A DNA stretch of 64,000 nucleotides from a virus (IMGVR_UViG_3300025765_000001); one strand, 5' to 3'. Shown: positions 35,704 to 46,528, counted from the first letter of the stretch. Notes: generated from the letters alone by a model not told the origin. Program-made: numbers and translations.

Positions 35704-36567
35704 ATGGGAATCACAGGAGTACGAGTCGGGGTTTCTTGCTCACCAAAGAACAACTGCATTGATGTGCTAGGCTGCCCGAAAGGGGTATGTCCAGACTTCA
35801 CCATTCGTCGCCATGATACGCAACCGCCATTTCGAGTCTTGGTTGAAGATTGCGATGGTCTTCTAGACCTTACCAGCGAACACTTAATCCTCGAAGTCAA
35901 TATGTGGGCCAAAGCCAAACTGAAAAAGGCTATCACTGCCTGCGAAGATTACTTTGCTTTGGCTGACAACATAGGATTTGACCAGATTATGGTCGGTGAT
36001 GTAATCATCATGGATCGTGTCAGAAATCCAGAGAGAATGTTGGTAACTGCTTTTGATGAGCAGAATAAACTTGTCAAAGTACAGAGAGGTCATCAGAACA
36101 CAGAGTCTTCCGCTTGGAAAAAGGGCACCACAATGAAGATCATGCGAGTGATTTCAGCGGCGGCGTCCATTGAAAGTGAGCGTCAGGATGTGCTACAGAT
36201 TGACGGCACCACAGCCGAAGACCAATTGATTGCTACCTATCTAGTACACAATTGGAAAGCGAACGATGTTTGTCTTCCTGGCTGTTACTGGCTGGAGTTC
36301 AAGTTGCTCAAGATGATAGATTTGGACCCCGATGGTGATGGTATATCTATTTCGTTGCCCAATCTGTTGTTTACATGCCCCGAAGTACCTAGTATAGTTT
36401 CTTGCGATCCAACTATATCCAACGTACCTAGTTTCACTCCAAGCACTATACCGGAGTGCCTGGGATGCTTTCTAGGTGATGGAGTAGAATGGATTCGTAG
36501 ATTTCCAATTGAGGGCGAGGGCTTCTTAATCAAAATAGTTGATTCGCCAACAAAAGAGCTTGTATAA
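35704..36567 (+). CDS. Probable virion structural protein (weak BppU/baseplate N-terminal resemblance)
   Basis: IRRHDTQPPFRV; CTAAATA 5 nt before the ATG; Cys-rich. Confidence 0.5.
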   Translation: MGITGVRVGVSCSPKNNCIDVLGCPKGVCPDFTIRRHDTQPPFRVLVEDCDGLLDLTSEHLILEVNMWAKAKLKKAITACEDYFALADNIGFDQIMVGDVIIMDRVRNPERMLVTAFDEQNKLVKVQRGHQNTESSAWKKGTTMKIMRVISAAASIESERQDVLQIDGTTAEDQLIATYLVHNWKANDVCLPGCYWLEFKLLKMIDLDPDGDGISISLPNLLFTCPEVPSIVSCDPTISNVPSFTPSTIPECLGCFLGDGVEWIRRFPIEGEGFLIKIVDSPTKELV

Positions 36568-36583
36568 TTTGGGAGGAGAGCCA

Positions 36584-38215
36584 ATGCCAAGTGTAGCTGA
36601 TTTCCTAATTGAACGGCTGGCGAATTCTGGAGTCAAACATGTGTTTGGCGTGCCAGGAGACTATGTACTTGGTTTTTATAAGAGACTAAGCGACTCACCA
36701 GATGTTGAAATAATCAATACAACAGATGAAAATCATGCTGGCTTTGCGGCAGACGCATATGCTCGTGTGCATGGGATTGGTGCTGTGTGCGTTACCTATA
36801 ACGTCGGGGCACTGAAAATTGCCAACGCTGTCGCTTGTGCTTACGCCGAACGCTCCCCCATAGTTGTCATTTCTGGTTCCCCTGGGTTGAAGGAACGAGA
36901 CGAAGGGTTCTTGTTGCACCACATGGTTCGCTCTTTCGAGTGCCAGAGGAAGGTCTTTGAGAACATTACCTGTGCCTCGGTTGTGTTGGACGACCTCGGC
37001 AAGGCTGGATATGCAATAGACCGGGTTCTTTGTGCCTTACAGCACTACAAGCAACCCGTATACATTGAATTGCCTCGTGACGTGGCTGAAAAACCTGTGG
37101 GTTACGATGTATACACTCAGGGCACGCCTTCACTTCCCCAAACAGACGTGCAGAATCTTGAGGAAGCCCTGGCAGAGACCGTTCAGTGGATCGAGTCGGC
37201 CAAGAAGCCGGTGATCCTGGCCGGTGTCCAGCTTGCGAGATATGGTCTCGGCACCGATCTAGTCAAGTTTGCCGAGAAGAAGAATATTCCTATACTCACC
37301 GATTTGTCGAGTAAGTCGGTGGTCAGTGAGAAACATCGGTTATTTGCTGGCTCTTACTTGGGTAACGTGAGCAGTCCTACCATTCGGCAATTGGTGGATG
37401 AATCAGACTGCATCCTCATGTTTGGGGTGCTGTTGACCGATATGACGCTTTGTTTCAGACCAGTGAAATTCAGTATGAGGAATACTGTATCTTGTTCTGT
37501 AGAGGGGCTGAAGGTTAGAAACCATCTTTACGAAAATGTACACTTCAAGGATTTTTGCACAGCCTTGTTCAAAGCCGAAGTCACTGTACAACCCAAGGGA
37601 GAGGGTTTCCCCAAGAAAGACATACCGTCATTTGTGCCCAGGGCAGATAAGAAGATCACTGTGATCAGGCTTTTCGAGAAGATAAATTCAATTCTCAACG
37701 ACAATTATTCTATAATCGCCGATATCGGAGACTCGCTTTTCGGTGCTTCCGACTTGACGGTGCATAACAAAAATACCTTCCTTGGAAGTGCGTTTTATGC
37801 TAGTATGGGCTACGCTATCCCCGGTGCTTTGGGCATGAGTATTGCCCAGCCGGACAAGCGGGTTATCGTCGTGGTTGGCGATGGAGCTTTCCAGATGTCG
37901 TGCACCGAGCTAAGTACGCTCGTTGCCAAAAAGCTCAATTCTATAATCTTTGTTTTGAACAATAGGGGGTATACTACCGAAAGGTTCCTGATAGACGGGC
38001 CTTTCAACGATGTGCCGAACTGGAACTACCACAAGATCACTGAAACCATCTGTGGTGGCAAGGGTGTTCTAGTCGATTCAGAAGAAGGTTTGGAGAGAGC
38101 GGTCGCCGATGCCCTGAAGAGCCGAGAACTATTCATTATTAACGTCATGCTCGATCCAATGGATATTTCTCCAGCGTTGAAAAGGATGACCGACAGCCTT
38201 TCTCAAAGGATGTAG
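36584..38215 (+). CDS. TPP-dependent alpha-keto acid decarboxylase (pyruvate/indolepyruvate decarboxylase family)
   Basis: FGVPGDY, DENHAGFAADAYAR, LLHH, GDGAFQM..E..NNRGYTTER. Confidence 0.93.
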   Translation: MPSVADFLIERLANSGVKHVFGVPGDYVLGFYKRLSDSPDVEIINTTDENHAGFAADAYARVHGIGAVCVTYNVGALKIANAVACAYAERSPIVVISGSPGLKERDEGFLLHHMVRSFECQRKVFENITCASVVLDDLGKAGYAIDRVLCALQHYKQPVYIELPRDVAEKPVGYDVYTQGTPSLPQTDVQNLEEALAETVQWIESAKKPVILAGVQLARYGLGTDLVKFAEKKNIPILTDLSSKSVVSEKHRLFAGSYLGNVSSPTIRQLVDESDCILMFGVLLTDMTLCFRPVKFSMRNTVSCSVEGLKVRNHLYENVHFKDFCTALFKAEVTVQPKGEGFPKKDIPSFVPRADKKITVIRLFEKINSILNDNYSIIADIGDSLFGASDLTVHNKNTFLGSAFYASMGYAIPGALGMSIAQPDKRVIVVVGDGAFQMSCTELSTLVAKKLNSIIFVLNNRGYTTERFLIDGPFNDVPNWNYHKITETICGGKGVLVDSEEGLERAVADALKSRELFIINVMLDPMDISPALKRMTDSLSQRM

Positions 38216-38826
38216 TGTTTTCCATGAAGCCTTACAAATTCCATAGGGATAACCGTGGTCCAAGCAACAGAGTCAATGAGCAGATTAGGCTGTCGCCGAT
38301 CTTGCTCATTGACGAAAACGGAAATAAAGTTGGCGTTATTTCTAATAGAGATGCGTTAGCTAAAGCTAGAGAAGTAGGGTTGGACTTAGTAGAAGTCTCG
38401 CCGAATGTGCGTCCGCCTGTCTGTCGTATCATGGACTATGGCAAGTTTAAGTACGAGCAGAGCATCAAGGAGAAGAAGCAGAAACCGAAAGCATCTCAGG
38501 TCAAGGAAGTCAGATTCCGACCGTCCATTGGGGATGCCGATGTCCAGACAAAGATACGTTCTATACGGAGCTTCTTGGAGGACGGACAGAAGGTTCAGAT
38601 TCGCCTGGAGTTCAAAGCCAGGGAAAATGCACACAAAGACCTGGGGTACGAGGTAGTTAAGAAGGTCACGGAGGCCGTGGCTGATATCGCCACTACTACT
38701 ATGCCTCGGTCGGAGGGAAGATTTCTCTCCTGTTTAATTGAACTCAAGAGGAAATCGATTGGTGGAAAAGATGAATTACTTTCCGAAGCCCAAAGGGACA
38801 AGGGAGTTAGTACAGGAAACGCATGA
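38215..38826 (+). CDS. infC: Translation initiation factor IF-3
   Basis: RVNEQIR, LDLVEVSPNVRPPVCRIMDYGKFKYE, KEVRFRPSI. Confidence 0.96.
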   Translation: MFSMKPYKFHRDNRGPSNRVNEQIRLSPILLIDENGNKVGVISNRDALAKAREVGLDLVEVSPNVRPPVCRIMDYGKFKYEQSIKEKKQKPKASQVKEVRFRPSIGDADVQTKIRSIRSFLEDGQKVQIRLEFKARENAHKDLGYEVVKKVTEAVADIATTTMPRSEGRFLSCLIELKRKSIGGKDELLSEAQRDKGVSTGNA

Positions 38827-40024
38827 GAAGGCTCTGGCCGCTGTGTTTGCTCCTAGTGAGAAGGTAGACACTCCATCTTCCCCTGGCATTCCTCTTCTAA
38901 GAACGATCCTTGAGAAACCAGAGGCCGCTAGGCAAGCACTTCTAGGCGATTTTGGAGATCGCCTCTTTGACTTCGCTAGCTCGATTGATCTCAAGCACCC
39001 CGACGTATTGCAAAACACAATTCTAGACGGTACGTTGGGCGGTGAATTCTCTACCAAGATTCAGCAGTTGTTCGCACTTTACGAGTTTGCGTCTGAGAGA
39101 GACCTGACCACAGTGATACCATGCATCGTAAAGGTAGCTCTGACACGCATAGAGAAGGAACTAAAGGCCATTGGCTCGCCATATGATAATCAGCAATTGG
39201 TGCGACTACTACCGACTCGTGAAGAAAGAGATGTAGTTCGCAAGACGAAAGAGGTACGAGATATACGTCTGGGGTACTACCTCAAGAAAGGCGAATCGGT
39301 TTGGGCCGGGCTACCTACTACTTTTGACATGTTTATCCGGCATAGCACCCTTTACAGGCAGGAAGTAGACAAAGCCAAGAAGAAGGCCGATAAGTTTGCT
39401 TCGCTTGGATGTGTGAGCATGGCTAAGGTGGTCGAGGACTCCATAGCTTCGTTTTCCGAGAAAATCGGTGATAGTCACTATGGTTTCCACCGAGTTACAT
39501 TGGCAAATGCGGCTTTAATTGCGGCCAAGATGTATAAGTTTCCCATCAACTTCAAGACACCGGAAACTCTCAAGGTGCCGAAGGACTTTTTTGGCTACGA
39601 TCTACATCCGTGCAAGGGCGATGTGATTGTGTCTAAGCGGGGCAGCCGCACGCCGCACATGATCGGGACTCTAGCCCCTTCACTAATGGACTATGCCCCT
39701 CGTGTCTATCCGGTGCATAGGTTGGTTAAAACAATGTCCAATCAAATGCTCAAAGTGCTAGACCGCTTGGAGTCTTTTCCAGAAGCCGATGACAAATCTT
39801 TGTTCGATCATTACTTGGTCGTCGTGCCAAGTGTCAGGTGCCCGAAAGATATGGACAACAAGCTCAGTTTCTATGAGCGAAATGCGAAAACTAGGTCCGT
39901 CTTCAAAAACGAAAAGGAAGCAAATGAGGCTTTGGACATACATCTAATCACCATAGGCACCGTTCACCCGCTTCTGTTGGGGGAGAAGGACGGTAAGTGC
40001 TACTTTATTTCGTATTGGAGATAG
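38771..40024 (+). CDS. Hypothetical phage protein
   Basis: Long ORF; C-terminal HPLLLGEKDGKCYFISYW. Confidence 0.7.
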   Translation: MNYFPKPKGTRELVQETHEKALAAVFAPSEKVDTPSSPGIPLLRTILEKPEAARQALLGDFGDRLFDFASSIDLKHPDVLQNTILDGTLGGEFSTKIQQLFALYEFASERDLTTVIPCIVKVALTRIEKELKAIGSPYDNQQLVRLLPTREERDVVRKTKEVRDIRLGYYLKKGESVWAGLPTTFDMFIRHSTLYRQEVDKAKKKADKFASLGCVSMAKVVEDSIASFSEKIGDSHYGFHRVTLANAALIAAKMYKFPINFKTPETLKVPKDFFGYDLHPCKGDVIVSKRGSRTPHMIGTLAPSLMDYAPRVYPVHRLVKTMSNQMLKVLDRLESFPEADDKSLFDHYLVVVPSVRCPKDMDNKLSFYERNAKTRSVFKNEKEANEALDIHLITIGTVHPLLLGEKDGKCYFISYWR

Positions 40025-40025
40025 T

Positions 40026-41118
40026 ATGGCTGTTACATTGACAGAACGTGTGGTTAAGGAACTCAAGCACATCATCCAAGAACAACACGCCAATGAGCCG
40101 GAAATCTACATCCGTGCTGGCGTGAGAGGGGAGGTTTAGCAGTTTTCACTGAACCCATGACAAAACCCGAAAATCTATGAAAATCGGCTAAAAATCGGAG
40201 GAAAATGACGATGAATACTGCTCGGTGGGCGGTGTTTTTGGACTCGTTCAACGAGGAGTGGCAGTACAAAGTTGATGGCTACGAACTACTGGACGGTATC
40301 TGCTTGATTTCTGGTTGCCACGGTTGTACTGCTGGCTGGAGATCAAGGGCGAGAAGCCGACCGAGTTGGAAGAAAAAATGCTCTACGAGTTGGCTTACGC
40401 TACAGACAAGCCAGTGGCGATAGTATGGGGTTTGCCGGTCGCCGCACGGAAGTATTATCACGATGGCAAGAAGTGCATCCCCGACTACATCACAGAACAC
40501 ATCTTGTCATGTCCACGCAGAGCGGAGTTCACACGTCAGGGAAAGGCGAACCCGGTGTATGAGGACTATACCGCCGAAAGGCTCAAAATCGGCAGCAGGA
40601 AATGGAATAGAAAACAAAGCAACTTTGTCTGGAGGAAGTTCTTGACCTTACTGGAACGCAAGTGTGGAGAATGGTCGTTCACCAGTATCATCGGCAAGTA
40701 CAAGTACAGGTGGATGCACAAGACAAGTATCCATGAGTCGGCGGCTTTTGTGATAGGTCGGTGTGGACTTGGGTATAACGAAGCCGTCCTCACAGGACTA
40801 CAGGTTAGACTGGCAGACCTAAAAGAGTTTGTTGGCACTTGAAAGAGGGCGATTTTAGAGTCCCATGATTTTCATGGGTTTTAGAAAGCAGGTTGTAGCG
40901 GCTTCCAGTATAACTTTAGCTTGGATGAATACTTCGATGAGACCAAAGATGTTATGACAGAACAGGACGGACTCAAGGTGGTTGTCGATAAGCGGTCGAT
41001 GATGTACATCGATGGGACCACTATCGATTTTCATGACTCGTTAGACAAACGGGGATTCGTTTTCAATAACCCATCTGTCAAAACCACCTGCTGTTGCGGT
41101 TCTAGTTTCTCTATGTGA
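40026..41118 (+). pseudogene. iscA: IscA/HesB Fe-S carrier split by an insertion (40026-40134 plus 40891-41118)
   Basis: MAVTLTERVVKEL..IRAGVRG | GCSGFQY...IDF...[19 protein letters not shown]. Confidence 0.9.
40135..40890 (+). mobile_element. Degenerate ~756-bp IS607-like element carrying PD-(D/E)XK and TnpB-like fragments
   Basis: AGGT at both junctions; repeated AAAATC/CCCATGA motifs inverted between the ends; RKWNRKQSNF..SIIGKYKY..HESAAFVIGRCGLG. Confidence 0.7.
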
Positions 41119-41125
41119 GGAACCT

Positions 41126-42610
41126 ATGCAATACATTGGGATGAACTACATTAACGGCGATTTTTGTGTGACCAGGGTGGATTTCTCGGACGTGAATCCC
41201 TGTACCGAGGACAGCCTGGGGATGTTCCCTCAGTCTACTGAGGCCGAGGTCGGCGAGGCTATCACTGCTGCCAAGTCTGCTTTTAAGAAATGGAACAGCT
41301 TGAGTCGTGTCCAGCGAGCGGACCTGTTTGACAAACTGGCACAGTTAATCAAGCAGGATGCCGCAAACCTCCAGAGAATCATCTGCGAAGAGACCGGCAA
41401 GAACCAAAATGAGGCACACGCCGAGGTAATAGAGGCGTTGCATATGTGTCAGACAGTTGCCGCTTCCGGCAGGAATCCTTGTGGCGATTGGATGGCATCT
41501 GAATTGGCTACTAAGGATGCCTATGTGATCCGCAAACCAAAGGGCGTGGTTCTCGTAATCAGTCCTTGGAACTTTCCGCTAGCTATAGGGTCGTTCTGGT
41601 TGAGTGGTCCTACTTTACTGGAAGGAAATTGTGTGGTCCACAAACCGTCTGAGTTGACACCAATGACTGCTCAGGCAGCAGCCGCTCTTTACAATGCGGC
41701 TGGTTTTCCATACGGCGTGTACAACTTATTGCATGGAGATGGATCGGTTGGGCGTAAGTTGGTGGAACATCCTGGTGTAGATTGTATTCTTTTTACCGGC
41801 AGTCCGCAAGTTGGACAGTATATTCGACAAGAGTGTGCTAATTCGTGGCACAAGACCTGTGCCTGCGAAATGGGCGGCAAGTCAGCGGTGCTTTTGTTCG
41901 AGGACGGTAATCAGGAGTTGGCCTTGGATGTCATGGTTGCTAGTTCCTTGAAGTTATCTGGTCAACGCTGTGTCTCTGCTGGAAGACTGCTGATCCAGAG
42001 GAGTATTTTCGAGGACTTCACCGAGAGGTTCGTGTACCGAGTGTCTGGGTTGGTGCCGGGCGATCCATTCAATTACGAGGACGTGGACCCGCCATACTAT
42101 GGGCCATTGATTAGTGCAAAGCAGTTAGATCGGGTCATGTACTACAACATGCAGACGACTCGTGATCCAGCGGTTGAGGTTCTGTTGGAGGGTCATCGTT
42201 TGAATCGGTCTGGTTATTTTCTGACGCCTCACGTCTACCGAACCGAGTGGCACGATGCACCCTTTTTGAAGGAAGAAGTTTTCGGGCCGCATATTGCTTT
42301 GATTCCCTTCAACGATCTAGATGATGCGATAAGGATATACAACGACACGGAGTATGGGTTAGCCTGCGGGGTTATCACTGATGATTTCCGCAAGATGAGG
42401 CGATGTCGGGACGAGTGCAAAGCTGGGATGATCTACTTGAACGGCGGAAGCATAGCAGCAGAAAGTCACATGCCCTTCGGCGGCATAGGCAAGTCTGGAA
42501 ACGGGTACAAGTCAGCAGCAGGGACGTACAAAGCCGTCACGGAGGAAGTCGCAGTTACAGTCAACTACGAGGTCGGCAAGATGACATGGGCACAAGGTAT
42601 GAAGTCATGA
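41126..42610 (+). CDS. Aldehyde dehydrogenase family protein
   Basis: SPWNFP, HKPSE, FTGS, EMGGKS, GQRCVS, EEVFGP. Confidence 0.95.
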   Translation: MQYIGMNYINGDFCVTRVDFSDVNPCTEDSLGMFPQSTEAEVGEAITAAKSAFKKWNSLSRVQRADLFDKLAQLIKQDAANLQRIICEETGKNQNEAHAEVIEALHMCQTVAASGRNPCGDWMASELATKDAYVIRKPKGVVLVISPWNFPLAIGSFWLSGPTLLEGNCVVHKPSELTPMTAQAAAALYNAAGFPYGVYNLLHGDGSVGRKLVEHPGVDCILFTGSPQVGQYIRQECANSWHKTCACEMGGKSAVLLFEDGNQELALDVMVASSLKLSGQRCVSAGRLLIQRSIFEDFTERFVYRVSGLVPGDPFNYEDVDPPYYGPLISAKQLDRVMYYNMQTTRDPAVEVLLEGHRLNRSGYFLTPHVYRTEWHDAPFLKEEVFGPHIALIPFNDLDDAIRIYNDTEYGLACGVITDDFRKMRRCRDECKAGMIYLNGGSIAAESHMPFGGIGKSGNGYKSAAGTYKAVTEEVAVTVNYEVGKMTWAQGMKS

Positions 42611-43371
42611 GAACAATTGGACTGGTAGGAGTGGGATTTGTTGGTAATGCTGTCCTCGAAGGTATGATACATGCTTTCAAGGTGCAGTGTTATGACAAGT
42701 ACAAACGGCCTCGAACAATATACGAACCAGTATATTCAGCCCCTTACTATTGGCACGAAGATTTGGTATCGCTAATTAAAGGGATGGATGGGTCGGTGTT
42801 TGTTTGCGTGCCTACGCCGATGAATAAAGACGGCAGTTGTTCAACGAAGATCGTTGAAGAAGTCGTGCAGAGTCTAGATAATGCTTCTCAAACGGCTCTG
42901 GAGGACTTTAAGAATCAAGATCGCATCATAGTAGGAGGGCCGAGGGAAGCCACGGATGTGATGAAGCTGATGTATGAAATAGCATATCCAAGAGTCCTTG
43001 TGACAAAGATTAGTTCCACCATAGCAGAAATAGTAAAGTACATTACGAATGTATTTTTAGCTACCAAAGTGTCTTTGTCAAACGAATTCAAACAGATCAG
43101 CGATGCTCTCAACATAGATTACGATAAGGTGTTGGAGTACGCTACCAAGGATAAGAGATTGGGCACGTCTCATTGGGCTGTTCTTGGTCCTGACGGCAAG
43201 AAGGGCTTCAGTGGTTTTTGCTTTCCGAAGGATATCAATGCCTTTATTTACAAGGCTGAAAAACTATTATTGAATCCCATCGTGATGAAAGCCGTATGGC
43301 AGAAAAACCTGGAGGTACGTCCAGAACGTGATTGGGAGTTGTTAAAAGGACGGGCTATAGTTAATGAGTGA
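42607..43371 (+). pseudogene. UDP-glucose/GDP-mannose dehydrogenase-like gene with probable internal deletion
   Basis: GLVGVGFVG, CVPTP, KYITNVFLATK, GFCFPKD; the expected KST..PGT and NPEFL segments are missing. Confidence 0.7.
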
Positions 43372-43852
43372 ACTAATAACATTACAGAAAAGCGAGTTGC
43401 TTTCTCTATTACGGCAAGCATATGAACAAGGATGGTTGGGCTATAGGGAATTAGCCGAGTCCGAAGTGGACTACCTGCTGGATGAATACTTGAAGAAAAA
43501 CCCTGGCAATACTTACCCTGCTGGTGGTGGGAACGGTTCGATGCCGCCGCCTATGTCTTCCTACGTTATGGCTACGCCTCCAAGTGTTGCCACTGGAAGA
43601 GATAACGACCCCAATTTTCAGATAGAAGTGGGTGACGTACCTCAAATGGAGTTGGGCGATGTTCCTGATATGCCAAGCAACATTACGATTTCTGGTTCTG
43701 GTTTAGATATGCCTAATGCAAATGGCAACGTCTACCGATTGAACAGTGATGGTGCTTTTGGAAACTTTGGAGCTTACGGCAACCCCGTCTCGGCGTTTGG
43801 AGCTAGGAGTTCATCGACTTCGAGTGCTTCAAGTTCAAGGTCGAGTTTCTAA
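43364..43852 (+). CDS. Hypothetical low-complexity protein
   Basis: ORF overlapping the upstream stop. Confidence 0.6.
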   Translation: MSELITLQKSELLSLLRQAYEQGWLGYRELAESEVDYLLDEYLKKNPGNTYPAGGGNGSMPPPMSSYVMATPPSVATGRDNDPNFQIEVGDVPQMELGDVPDMPSNITISGSGLDMPNANGNVYRLNSDGAFGNFGAYGNPVSAFGARSSSTSSASSSRSSF

Positions 43853-43923
43853 AGGATACTTCAGACGCCAACGATGTACGAGGCGTCACAAATACTGAAT
43901 AGAAACTGATATAGGAGAATGAA

Positions 43924-44295
43924 ATGAGCAAGATGAAGTTGGTAGATGGCAGTGGTGAAGAGGTATTCGTTGCATTGCCGAAGATTGCTAGAGTCAAGCC
44001 GACTGGCAGTTTGGTTTTGCTGGAGATTCTAGACCAGCAAGAGGTCTTGGGCACCAAGATGATCCTACCTGCCAGCAAACGTGGCCCCGAAGCCCCGATG
44101 TACGGGGCACCACAGGCTTGGGTCCGTGCAGTTGGCCCGCAGTTCAAGACCGAGACCTATGGGTACGATGTGGGCGACCGAGTGTTGTTGTCTACTGGAG
44201 TGGCCGTTCCATGTCCTCCTCGTGAGGGTGATAGACGAGATTGGGTCATCGTAGAGCCGCAGGCAGTTCGAGGCGTCATTGTGGAAGAAAAGTAA
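43924..44295 (+). CDS. GroES-like co-chaperonin
   Basis: [27 protein letters not shown]...VRGVI. Confidence 0.7.
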   Translation: MSKMKLVDGSGEEVFVALPKIARVKPTGSLVLLEILDQQEVLGTKMILPASKRGPEAPMYGAPQAWVRAVGPQFKTETYGYDVGDRVLLSTGVAVPCPPREGDRRDWVIVEPQAVRGVIVEEK

Positions 44296-44296
44296 T

Positions 44297-45256
44297 ATGA
44301 GTAAGGATTACTATGGGGTTTTGGGGGTTGGCAAGGAAGCTACCGACGAGGAAATCAAGAAAGCCTATAGGCGGTTGGCGTTTAAGTACCACCCAGATAG
44401 GAACCCTGGCGATAAGGAGGCCGAGACCAAGTTCAAGGAGGTACAAGAAGCTTATGATGTTCTTACGGACTTGGACAAGCGACGGAATTATGATGGCAGC
44501 GATAGCTTCCATCCATTCTTCTCCTTTTTCCATTTTGACTTCACCAATCGAAAGGTTGGCAAAGACCTTCGTTTTGATGTGACGATCACCTTGGAAGAGT
44601 CGGTTATTGGCTGTGTGAAGAAAATAAAAATGCCACGGCAGGAGAAGTGTGTCATTTGTAGTGGCACCGGAGCCAATACACTCCAGCCCTGCGAACGCTG
44701 CGGCGGAACCGGCGTTGTAACCTTGCAAGATCGGCCTTTTGTGCTTCAAACTACCTGTTCTCAATGCAAGGGACGAGGTACACTGCCGTTAGACGTTTGT
44801 GAGGTTTGTAAAGGAACCGGCCACAAAGCTGTTGCCGAGGAAGAAGTAACTGTTTCGATTCCTGCCGGGGTCGAGGATGGCATGGCGATAGTGCTGAGGG
44901 GCAAAGGTCAGGATGGCGGCGACTTGTACATAGTTGTGTCCATAGCTCCTCATGATATTTTTACTAGAATAGGTTTAGACCTTCTGGTAAAATACCCACT
45001 GACTTACACTCAACTAGTCTTTGGGGATACAATACAAATTCCTACGCCTACTGGACTTATTACGGTTAAAGTCCCGGCAAGGACGCAGGTTGGGAAGAAG
45101 TTGAGAATCCCAGGGGAGGGTGTTCGGCATGTATTTGGACTTAATACCGGGGATTTGATCGTTATTTTTGAGTTAGAGGTTCCGAAGGAGATTAGTCCTG
45201 AGTACAAGGCAGTTCTCGAAAAGCTCAGGGAGCTAGAGAATAATGTGACTGAGTAG
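44297..45256 (+). CDS. dnaJ: DnaJ chaperone with zinc finger
   Basis: [15 protein letters not shown], CxxCxGxG repeats, C-terminal domain. Confidence 0.95.
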   Translation: MSKDYYGVLGVGKEATDEEIKKAYRRLAFKYHPDRNPGDKEAETKFKEVQEAYDVLTDLDKRRNYDGSDSFHPFFSFFHFDFTNRKVGKDLRFDVTITLEESVIGCVKKIKMPRQEKCVICSGTGANTLQPCERCGGTGVVTLQDRPFVLQTTCSQCKGRGTLPLDVCEVCKGTGHKAVAEEEVTVSIPAGVEDGMAIVLRGKGQDGGDLYIVVSIAPHDIFTRIGLDLLVKYPLTYTQLVFGDTIQIPTPTGLITVKVPARTQVGKKLRIPGEGVRHVFGLNTGDLIVIFELEVPKEISPEYKAVLEKLRELENNVTE

Positions 45257-45312
45257 ACTGTCAGTTTTGTTTAGCACAGGGCTAAATATGGCTGATAGGA
45301 GGTCGTCTAAAA

Positions 45313-45666
45313 ATGAACGAGAGCATTATGAACAACAAATTGCTATGGATAGTGATTGCGTTGGGCGTAGTTCTGGTTGGCGTGTTTGTTGGTGGTCCGA
45401 TCTTGATTGACCGAATCAGTCAGAAGGTCATCAACAAGATGCAGAAGGAATACTCTCCTGGGCCATATGCTCCTGGGTTTGACCCGGATCGTATTGATCC
45501 TAGATTTTTCCAAGGGCAACCAAAAAGCCCGCCGCCCGGTTGGACTCCCCCAACTTCGCCTTCCACAAGCCCATCTTTTGGCTCGATAGCAACTCCCAAG
45601 AGAGGGGATACATTGCCATCGCCTGATGAATGGAATAAGATGTGGGAAAAGTATAGGGGCGACTAG
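45313..45666 (+). CDS. Membrane-anchored Pro-rich protein
   Basis: TM helix, upstream CTAAATA. Confidence 0.7.
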   Translation: MNESIMNNKLLWIVIALGVVLVGVFVGGPILIDRISQKVINKMQKEYSPGPYAPGFDPDRIDPRFFQGQPKSPPPGWTPPTSPSTSPSFGSIATPKRGDTLPSPDEWNKMWEKYRGD

Positions 45667-46049
45667 TAGCAGTAACAGCTTTGTACTTGCGATGGGAGTA
45701 ACGATCTATCGTTACTCCGTCGCTGGAAAGTCACGGTCATCTTCTTGCCCGGTTGCGGTTCACTCCCACCAATTCTCTTGAACTCATCCCAGCTAAGATA
45801 TAGCTTCGTTCCATCGTCTAGTGATATGCGAATGGGGTTTTTATTCCTTTCTACCACTCTGATAACTGACGTTCTCTTTACGGTTGGTATGTCCTTGGGA
45901 ATGATTAGATCGACCGAAGGGAGCTTCGAGCCTGCTTCGCTGCGACTAACAGCAGATGATAGAAATGCAGTAGTAGCACGGTCGTTGTGGGTGCCGACAG
46001 TATTCATTTCGCACTGCAACATGTACTCTTTGAAATTTAGTTCTACCAT
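45663..46049 (-). CDS. Small protein with CTS-like N-terminus (MVELNFKEYM)
   Basis: ATAAATA 5 nt upstream of ATG 46049. Confidence 0.7.
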   Translation of the reverse strand: MVELNFKEYMLQCEMNTVGTHNDRATTAFLSSAVSRSEAGSKLPSVDLIIPKDIPTVKRTSVIRVVERNKNPIRISLDDGTKLYLSWDEFKRIGGSEPQPGKKMTVTFQRRSNDRSLLPSQVQSCYCY

Positions 46050-46075
46050 CACTCTATTTATGGCGAAGGAGCCAA

Positions 46076-46528
46076 ATGTCTGAAGAGCAACTAGAAAAAG
46101 ACCCGACATGTTTCTTCTACGAAGCCAACATCAAGCTCAATCTGAAAAAGCTCAACGAGCGAGTCGGTGGATTTAGCCTGGAGGAAGTTACCCCTCCGGT
46201 TGCCGAGTTTGAGGGCCGCAAAGAAGGAGAGATGCTTCGAGTGGTCGAAGTGAATTTGCTTCAGGGGGCAATGATGCACTATCAGACCGTGGACGATCAG
46301 AACGTAGTGACGAATCACGCTCGCCTCATCTACTTGGATTTTATCAACGATAAGGCATATGACTCAACCGGCTCCGAGATTGTCAGCGATCTAGGTGTAG
46401 AAGTCAGGAAGATACTTTCGTCGGCGAAAGGTCGTTATTTAACGCCTAGTGTTCCTGCTGACAAGATACAAGAGCATTTGTTGAGATCAAAACAGATATT
46501 CGATCACGAAGGAGTAAGCAATGTTTGA
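46076..46528 (+). CDS. Hypothetical protein
   Basis: RBS aaggag. Confidence 0.7.
   Translation: MSEEQLEKDPTCFFYEANIKLNLKKLNERVGGFSLEEVTPPVAEFEGRKEGEMLRVVEVNLLQGAMMHYQTVDDQNVVTNHARLIYLDFINDKAYDSTGSEIVSDLGVEVRKILSSAKGRYLTPSVPADKIQEHLLRSKQIFDHEGVSNV

Noticed and set aside
40135-40890. IStron (group I intron-IS hybrid) allowing iscA splicing
   Set aside because: Only ~70 nt precede the cargo ORF, too short for a group I core, and no P7-like elements were recognised
45271-45285. CIRCE-like palindrome (ttagc-acagg-gctaa) after dnaJ
   Set aside because: Does not match TTAGCACTC-N9-GAGTGCTAA and lies downstream of the chaperone genes
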